This document shows, piece after piece, positions 53,540 to 64,000 of a stretch of 64,000 nt of DNA. The notes below the pieces were generated by a model, which was not told the origin of the DNA, made no database searches, and worked only from the letters and a program-made list of their open reading frames with translations. Source of the stretch: Eledone cirrhosa (Eukaryota); contig OZ024750.1 in assembly GCA_964016885.1 (NCBI GenBank), positions 8,742,001 through 8,806,000 on the forward strand. The letters run 5' to 3'. The translations under genes and the position numbers were made by a program. Positions within the stretch are counted from its first letter, which is position 1; every line of letters begins with the position of its first letter.

Positions 53540-55002
53540 GACCACCCTTCCCCAACTAACATACTAACTTCCCTCCCCTCTTCTCCTCCTCCCCCCTCCT
53601 TATCACACGCACACACCCACCGGCACATATATACACGCGCTTACACTAAACACACACCCTACTACCACCACTAACCCTCACCCCCACACCTCCATCCCAC
53701 CACCCCGCAACTAACCTCACTAACACCCCCTAACCCCAAGCAAACGAACTCACGCACCCACTTACACCACCCACCCCACACGCAACTAACATCACTAACA
53801 CCCCCCCAACCCCACGCACACGTACCAACTCTACACACCCTACCACCACTAACCCCCACTCACACCTGCATTCAACCCCTCCCACCTCCCGTATACTAAC
53901 ACCCACTAACACCTCTTCATCAAACTACACACACACCAGTACACCACACTCCCTTCATAGAACCACACACACCCTTCTCTCCCCGCTCCACCCACACCCT
54001 CGCTCCACACTCACTCATCCCACTAACACCCCTACTAATACACACACACACACCCTCCTCACTCCAACGTTCACACCTACCCATCATCGCCCCTTTACCA
54101 TTCCACCGACTGCTGCTATGCCCTCTGACCACCTCCCAGCACAAACAGACCACAGCACTCCCACTGCTGACCACTTCCTGTTGCGCGCGCACCCCACATC
54201 TCTCCTCTTCCGACCATCGCTTCATGGAATACCCACACGCAGAAATTGACCAACAGCCAATCCACTAAACATCTTCGGAATTTACCAACTTTTCAACCAT
54301 CCTCTTACGTAATCACCTATATAACTCACCCACACACACACCCCAAAAAAATTTTTTCTCCACACGCCACCTACAACCACAACACGCTTAAACCCCACAC
54401 ACACACGTGCTTTCCACCACATATTTACACCCTCAGCCTCCTGATTCCTCTCCCCCCACCCCTCTATCCACACACGCACAGACACTCCGACCCCCCCCCC
54501 ACACACACCTCTTCCTGAACATGCAACCCCATTCTTCCCCCAACCCTTACTTTCACATACACACACACACACACACACGCGCACACCTACACACACACAC
54601 CACCTTCAGCCCTCCCCGCTCGGACACCCCGTCTCCCTCTCCCCACTCCACCCGCTACCACCCCTACACACTCCACACCCTTCCACCACCTGTTTACCCC
54701 CCTTTTAATTTCAGTTTATTTTGATCATGCCTTTATTTTTAAATTTATCTCATTCCTTGTATTTTGATCATGCTTTATTTTTATTTTTATCTTTATTTTT
54801 TATTCGCACCGTTTCCTTTCGCTATATGTCTCTCCACCACTCCCCTACACACCCTTTGAACTCTGTTCCCACACACTTCTCACCTAAGGAAGGGCTTATG
54901 CCCGAAACGTCGTCCCCCACCGACACCCCACTCTCCAGAGCGTGAAATTAATAAACATTTGTTGTACTGCCTCTCTGTTTTGTCCCTGTTCAAATTTTTC
55001 CA
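53540..55002 (+). mobile_element. C/A-rich Penelope-like 3' region with pLTR and degenerate hammerhead (54881-54914)
   Basis: CCAAT 54257, TATATAA 54318, CTAAGGA-a-gggc[ttat]gccc-GAAAC-GTC, AATAAA 54950; bounded by (TA)n. Confidence 0.72.
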
Positions 55003-55059
55003 TTATATATATATATATAAAACTTGATATATATATATAAAACTTTATATATATATAAA

Positions 55060-55112
<53 letters not shown>

Positions 55113-55214
55113 CTTGATATATATATATATATAAAACTTGATATATATATATATATATAAAACTTGATATATATATATAACTTGATATATATATATATAT
55201 ATCATCAAGTTTTA

Positions 55215-55764
55215 TATATATATATAAAATCAAATCATAAACATAAACATACATATACAGAGAGACACCTACTTGACAATATGAAAGAACTCGCGACAAT
55301 CCAAAACATAAAAAAGTCCTTATATTCTTTATAAATGCAAATGAAAATACAAAACAAATGATGCTATATGGAGCCGTGTTCTTTATTTTATAATGAAACA
55401 CGGGAGTCCTCCATACTAGAAATAAATTTAGTTTGGGGTTTAACGCATTCCAGAACAGTGTTATGTAGATTTATATTCACTGGTTGAGGACGTGGGTGAA
55501 CATAGAGTTAGGTCAGATGTCTTCAGACGAATGCTTCAATAGTTCTAGAATCATTTATTATTAAAAAAAAAAAATTCCAGGATATTTTATCTATGTTTCA
55601 AATTCATTTCTTAGATTTCGCGATATCAATTTTAACCAATTAAATCCATATAATTTCTCAAGTATCTCGGAAGATTTATTGACTATATTATATTATTATT
55701 TATCTATTTGTTTTAAATATCTGAAGCATTGTGAGTTAGATAAAAAAAAAGACCTGGGCAATGA
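55215..55764 (-). repeat. Right arm of ~550-bp inverted duplication
   Basis: See left arm. Confidence 0.95.
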
Positions 55765-58549
<2,785 letters not shown>

Positions 58550-58888
58550 GGAGGCGCATGGCTTAGTGGTTAGAGCATTGGCCTTGCAATCGAAAGGTTG
58601 TGAGTTCAATTCTCAGACCGAGCAATTCTCAGACTTGAGACAATTCTCAGACTTGAGCAAGACACTTTATTTCATATTGCTCCAGTTTACTCAGCTGTAG
58701 AAATGAGATGATAGGGATTGAGGTCCCTATCATTCCACTGCAAAGTGGTCGTGGAGGTGCTACGGCAAAAAAGCACCCACCACTCACTGTAAATGAGGTT
58801 GGTGTTAGGAAAGGCATCCAGCTGTAGAAATCAAGCCAGAATCAGTTCCTGTGCCACCCTTGCAAGCGGACGTAAAATGATGATGATG
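58550..58888 (+). mobile_element. SINE family B head plus a second SINE 3' part with (TGA)n tail
   Basis: ggaggcgcatggcttagtggttagagc head; ggtgttaggaaaggcatccagctgtagaaa; acgtaaaatgatgatgatg tail. Confidence 0.8.
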
Positions 58889-59350
58889 GTATATATATAT
58901 GGTAGGGGAGAGAAAGGTGAAGGAGAGAAGAAACGACAGACTCAATTACATTCTTAAGTATAAAACTTTACGTTCTATGTATCAGAATTTAATGTAAACC
59001 GAATCTAAATGTACTTATCAGTGTTGGTTTGATATTTAATATTCCTTCATTACATACCACTATTCGCGGTAGAATGAGTTTTCTTATTGTATTTCCACTT
59101 CATATTCATTCTCAAAAAATTACTGTGTATTATTCTCTATCTTATTAAGGTTTCTGGGCTTTTTATAGCACTCAAGTAGAAATGTTTCATCAAAATATGT
59201 CATATCATAACTTAAAAGAAAATTGGACATAGATTTAGTTTCAATAAAAAATGTTTACAATAGCATTCGTAATGACTTGCCGACATAAAAAATATATTGG
59301 TTTAATATTAAGGCAGCTCATATTAATGTGTAACTTATATTATCTTTAGA

Positions 59351-59632
59351 TTAACGGAACGCAGTTGCATGTTGGTCGTTCTTGTAGTAATACGGCCTTG
59401 CGGCCTTTTTATGCTGAGTATATTTAAATGTTGCTTCACCAGACTCTCGGTCAGGAACACTAGGAGATACTACCGTATACACTGTAGGGTTCGATGTATA
59501 GTTCTTTCTGTATTCAGAGCTTGACTCTCCTCCTCCACCATTATGAATCTCAGATAAAGAAATTTTTGATTTGGTAAACAATCTCTTCCGCATGTTTTTT
59601 CCCCCCACTAGTTGGCAAACATTGAATATTTC
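59351..59632 (-). CDS. Candidate terminal coding exon of an unidentified minus-strand gene
   Basis: 93 non-repetitive codons to TAA behind a pyrimidine-rich ...aacaAG; no family recognised. Confidence 0.3.
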   Translation of the reverse strand, partial: EIFNVCQLVGGKNMRKRLFTKSKISLSEIHNGGGGESSSEYRKNYTSNPTVYTVVSPSVPDRESGEATFKYTQHKKAARPYYYKNDQHATAFR

Positions 59633-60301
59633 CTTGTTGATAGAAAGAAATAAAAAACAGATATTTGTTTCTCCAATAGACTTTTGGATAATACTGTTTG
59701 TTTTTGTGTGTCGTGGTGCGAAATGTACTTGGCTGTTAAAATTGTATCTCATCCTTCATGTTTTGTATCTGTGTTATATTATTTACATGACTACTATTTT
59801 ATTTATCAGTATTTTCTTTTGTTGAAATTTTGTTAGCGTGTACTGACATAGTCACCATGTTTGAATTACCTGATGTCAAAAATAAGTTTCTTTGGCAAAT
59901 CAGTGTTTTCTTTTTTACCCCTGAATCAGGTGGAAAATTCCAAAAATAAATGCCAGATTCTCAATGTAAACATCTCCGATAAAAGATAAATTTAGTTTAG
60001 CATGTAATACCATAACATTTTGAGAAATCATTCGAACCACATACAATACATCTTGCCGATATTTTGAAATAACAATATTGTTAGTAGTAGTAGTAGTAGT
60101 AGTAGCAGTGGTGGTGGTAATAGTAGTAGTAGTGGTGGTGGTAGATTTTAATATAGGCATGTAGCCAGCAAATATCTGGAGGTTGGGGTAAAGAACGAAT
60201 GCAATGGCACGATAACTTATCTGATATTTTATTTTATCGATCCTGGAGAGTTGAAAGACAAAGATGACCGTGGTGTGATTTAAACGCAGAAGACTCTAAA
60301 C

Positions 60302-60560
60302 CAGACGTGGGAAACCTTTATCGAGAAGTGGGCCGCAAGTGGTAATTTACATTCGTGCCCACATTAAAAAAAGGGCCGTAATTCAGATTGTTTTGATTTG
60401 TTTCTTCAGAATTCTTACACGTTGTTTTCCTCGATCGTAAAATTGATAGAAAGATAAATTACGACTGAAAAGTTTGGGTAAAAAAATCAGAAAGATTTCA
60501 CTTAGGTGACTTAGGCGAGCCATTCAGAAAGCTTCGCGGGCTGCAGGTTGCCCATGACTG
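60302..60560. mobile_element. hAT (Charlie-like) MITE with 8-bp TSD
   Basis: TIRs cagacgtgggaaacct / aggttgcccatgactg and a perfect TSD CTCTAAAC (60294, 60561). Abuts an old minus-strand SINE. Confidence 0.88.
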
Positions 60561-60700
60561 CTCTAAACCTTCTGTGTTTAAACCACACCAAGTTCGTTTT
60601 CGTATATATATATATATTATGTATATATATATTATGTATATATATATTATGTATATATATATATGTATGTATATATCTATGTATATATATATATATATAC

Positions 60701-61160
60701 ACTGTTTCTGTCTATGTGCCTGATATGTGTGTATGTCTATCTGTATGTATACACACATACACACGCAACACAGCAAATACACACACACACAAACACACAC
60801 ACACATATATAGATATATATACATACACACATATATACATACATATATATACATAATATATATATATATTATATATATATATATGTATCTATCTATCTAA
60901 GGCGGGTAAAATTCCCGAGATCCATGGACGAGTTCTGTCCAGCGGTCTCTGTCCCTCATTATCGCTGCCATATCCTGCATCTCCAACAGACCAGTGTCTG
61001 TCCTTAGGGCATCAACATATGTTAACCTTGGTCTTCCTCTTCTAGTGTGTCCATGTATATATATATATATGTTTGTGTGTGTATTTGCTGTGTTGTGTGT
61101 GTATGTGTGTATACATACAGATAGACATACACACATATCAGGCACATAGACAGAAACAGT
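60701..61160. repeat. ~85-bp inverted duplication enclosing microsatellites and an RTE fragment
   Basis: 60701-60786 is the reverse complement of 61074-61160. Confidence 0.88.
60886..61055 (-). mobile_element. RTE-clade LINE 3' end, family 3, (TAGA)n tail
   Basis: HGHTRRGRPRLTYVDALRTDTGL...MRDRDRW. Confidence 0.85.
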
Positions 61161-62126
61161 CAACACACACTTAACGGCAGCACACACATCTCACTTTAGG
61201 CTGGCCTCCAGTGACCTCTGGTGTTTTGTCTTCCAGCAACCACCTGCTTCATTCCTTCCAACATACGCACGCACACATATATTACTTTAGTTTCAATAAA
61301 TTCCGTGCAACACTCCTTCGCCATTCATCCTTCTGTGATGCAAGCATCGCCCTTTCGTAGGAGCAGAGCTTCTAGCGCGAAGTGTGTGTGTGTGTGTGCG
61401 TGTGTGTGTGTGTGTGTGCATATCTACATATTTTACCAACGTATGTTGGTGAAGGATATAGACATTATGGAGAAAAGAGAAAATGCGATGCTTTTGAATG
61501 GTGTTTCTTTTCAACATTTTCCTCTATGGTAATTATCAGATACCTCTTTCTTTCGCTCGCTATTAGAGATTTAATAGATTGATTAATCCTCGGAGCAATG
61601 CATCAACTTGTACCTTGTATCGTGTTGTATACTCTTACCCTCACTGTTTTTACTCTTCTATAGGTTGTTACTCGTCTAAACTAACATACAATGTACTATC
61701 ACTGTTGTACGTGAGACTATGCACTAGTTCTCTCCCTTGTTGAGTGAAACTCCACATGTAGCACAAAAGTTCAACTGTCTCAATGTCCTTTCCTCACCTG
61801 TTTTTCTTTATAAACAGCGGCTCGCTGAATTGCAACTGGATCAAATAAATGAGTTTAATTTTGATATGGTTTCATACTTGATGGGTCTGCGGCTATACAT
61901 TGTACAATAAAATTGTTTATTATACGTGCCATTGAAGTAGTTTTACAAGCCAATAAAAGTGTAGCCTCTTCTGTTATAAATCTACCACTTCAAAGCTGAA
62001 CTGTGAGTAAACATCAGAAATAATTGTATGATATAGCAAGCATAAAATGGAGAGAAAATATTTCAGCTTCTAAACCAAGTTGGATGCATTGCATGCGATT
62101 ACCATTCATTGCAACGTCATGTATAC

Positions 62127-62171
<45 letters not shown>

Positions 62172-62707
62172 AGGGAGAGAGTGACTCTGTTAAAGAGCTA
62201 TGGAAAGGAGGAGAGAAAGTCTTCATGTAAAGTATTATTAAAGATGAGTTGACAGTTATAGAAATTTCTAACGTCATACAAACATCAAGATTTTCTTTGA
62301 GAATGATATTAAAACGCAAGTTGATATAGATAATCATTACATTTCCTGAATCATACGAAATGAGGTTTGCTTCTGAGATTTAAGTTATTACTGTAATAAT
62401 TTAAACACTAGTGAGTAGATGTTAGAACATTTAGGATTCAATTAGCTTTGACAATGTGACGATGTTATGTAATTAACCTATTGATAAAAACTGAGGCTTG
62501 TGTTGAAATTGAATGAGTTCGAAATAACTGGTATTTCTTTTGATAATGGAAATATATTATCATATCCCTTGCAAAATTAGATGGAATTTTCGGAAATAGG
62601 TAGGTATTACTACATAAAGAACAGGGTCATCGAAAATCTCGAATTAGGTTTTAGAAATTCATTTTCAATTATGTACAATAGAGTAGAAAGAATAAACAAT
62701 AGGGATA

Positions 62708-63102
62708 GCAAGGTCACTTCAGAAGCTCTCTACATTCCAGAACCATATCATGAGACTTATGACTGGCAAGCGGCTCAGTGACTGTATCTGTATCAGTGAG
62801 CTTCTCAACATTACCAAACTCAGACCAATTACATCAATTGTGAAGTCAAGAGTACTAAAACTATACGGTCATATAAAAAGATCAACTTGTGGTGTGAGTA
62901 GGTTATGTCTGGAAGGAAGGTTGGCTGGTAAGAGAAGCAGAGGCCGGCAGCCAAAACGATGGCTTGATAATGACAACTTATGGAGTGGACTTGATCTTTG
63001 CTATTTGAACTCTGCTGTTGGTATTCGAACTTTCTGGAGAAAAATATCTCATGTTGATGTGCAGTTTGCACCTAGCGGAGTTTAGCATCAAAGAAGAAGA
63101 AG
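62708..63102 (+). mobile_element. RTE family 2 3' fragment with (GAA)n tail
   Basis: LKLYGHIKR...CLEGRLAGKRSRGRQPKRWLD; highly similar to 23830-24215. Confidence 0.9.
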
Positions 63103-63124
63103 CAGAACACGAATCGATATAACA

Positions 63125-63333
63125 TTTTTACGGGCAAAACTAACCAACAGAAGACCCAAGGCTAGACTCCCGAGCAAGATGGTTGGATAACATCCATGAG
63201 TTTGGCTGGTCTCGCTTGGAGATCCAGTCGGATCAGTTGGAGTCTGTTTCTTCTGACAGGACCCGCTGAAAGGAGCGTTTGAGGACTCTGCCCCAACGAC
63301 CGTTTCATAAAAGAGGAGGAGCAGGAGAAGAAG
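63125..63333 (+). mobile_element. RTE family 1 3' fragment
   Basis: Homologous to 44980-45163. Confidence 0.8.
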
Positions 63334-63696
63334 CTCCTATCCAGTGGGAAATGTCCTCAACAAACACATATTCATTCCTGATCATTTTTGTAGTTCATGC
63401 ACCAAATCCAACTCCATTTGGTAGAGAGCAGAGATATAATAATATATGATTTATATTAGATTAATTGCTTACATTGAACACACGATAGTATAGATCGGTG
63501 ACGATTGAATGGCTACATGACAGAGAGAAATATTGTATTGCATACCGTCAGATATAATAGGGTTGGGTTATCAGAAAGTATGACAAAGGAAAAATATGAC
63601 ATGGCCAAAGAAAACAGATCACATAAATAAACAAGAAATATAAAACTAGATAAATGTTGACGTCTACAGACTTGGATAAAAAGTGCACACACACAC

Positions 63697-63738
<42 letters not shown>

Positions 63739-63802
63739 TTATCTATCTATCTATCTATCTAGCTCTCCCTCTCTATATATATATATATTTGATATATATA
63801 TA

Positions 63803-63900
63803 GTTAGGGAAGCAGAAAATTGCTTATTGTAATCCAATTCGTGGTTAAGACAGCCAGTTTCACTTTCTTTAATGCTTACCTGTGTTTTCTCTTTTATCCT
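63803..63900 (-). mobile_element. Short pLTR-like insert in (TA)n
   Basis: Minus strand GAAAC-tggct-GTC followed by aataag; bounded by TA runs. Confidence 0.35.
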
Positions 63901-63944
63901 ATATATATAGAGAGATTATGATATATATATACACACACACACAC

Positions 63945-63980
<36 letters not shown>

Positions 63981-64000
63981 CTCTCTATATATATACATAT

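Noticed and set aside
53660-53910. Interstitial telomere
   Set aside because: Only isolated CCCTAA-like hexamers, with no tandem array.
59915-59990. LAFIFGIFHLIQG resembling adhesion/class B GPCR TM7, with FLFLSINKEI downstream
   Set aside because: No donor/acceptor pair with a credible pyrimidine tract joins them in frame; likely chance in T-rich DNA.

Overview
Eukaryotic, AT-rich, microsatellite-dense animal DNA. The SINE families and (TA)n density suggest an octopus/cephalopod, which is an inference from recalled repeat consensuses. The only confident host gene is the first coding exon (14339-14669, +) of a rhodopsin-class neuropeptide GPCR of the NPFF/SIFamide-receptor type. No further exon was recognised, so the rest of the window is probably one very large intron. 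The remainder is mobile DNA: a decayed Gypsy pol, a non-autonomous Helitron, RTE-type LINE 3' ends, more than a dozen tRNA-derived SINEs, and hAT and Tc1/mariner MITEs. The most unusual signal is a set of about 10 short inserts sitting in (TA)n tracts. They carry hammerhead-ribozyme core motifs (CTGANGA-stem-GAAAC-palindrome-GTH), usually followed by AATAAA, as in Penelope-like element pseudo-LTRs, and many are arranged as head-to-head fold-back hairpins. They are associated with inverted duplications of flanking DNA and with kilobase arrays of AACTTGA(TA)n whose anchor matches one element's own 3' end, suggestive of telomerase-like reiterative synthesis. All coordinates were read by eye and may be off by a few bases.
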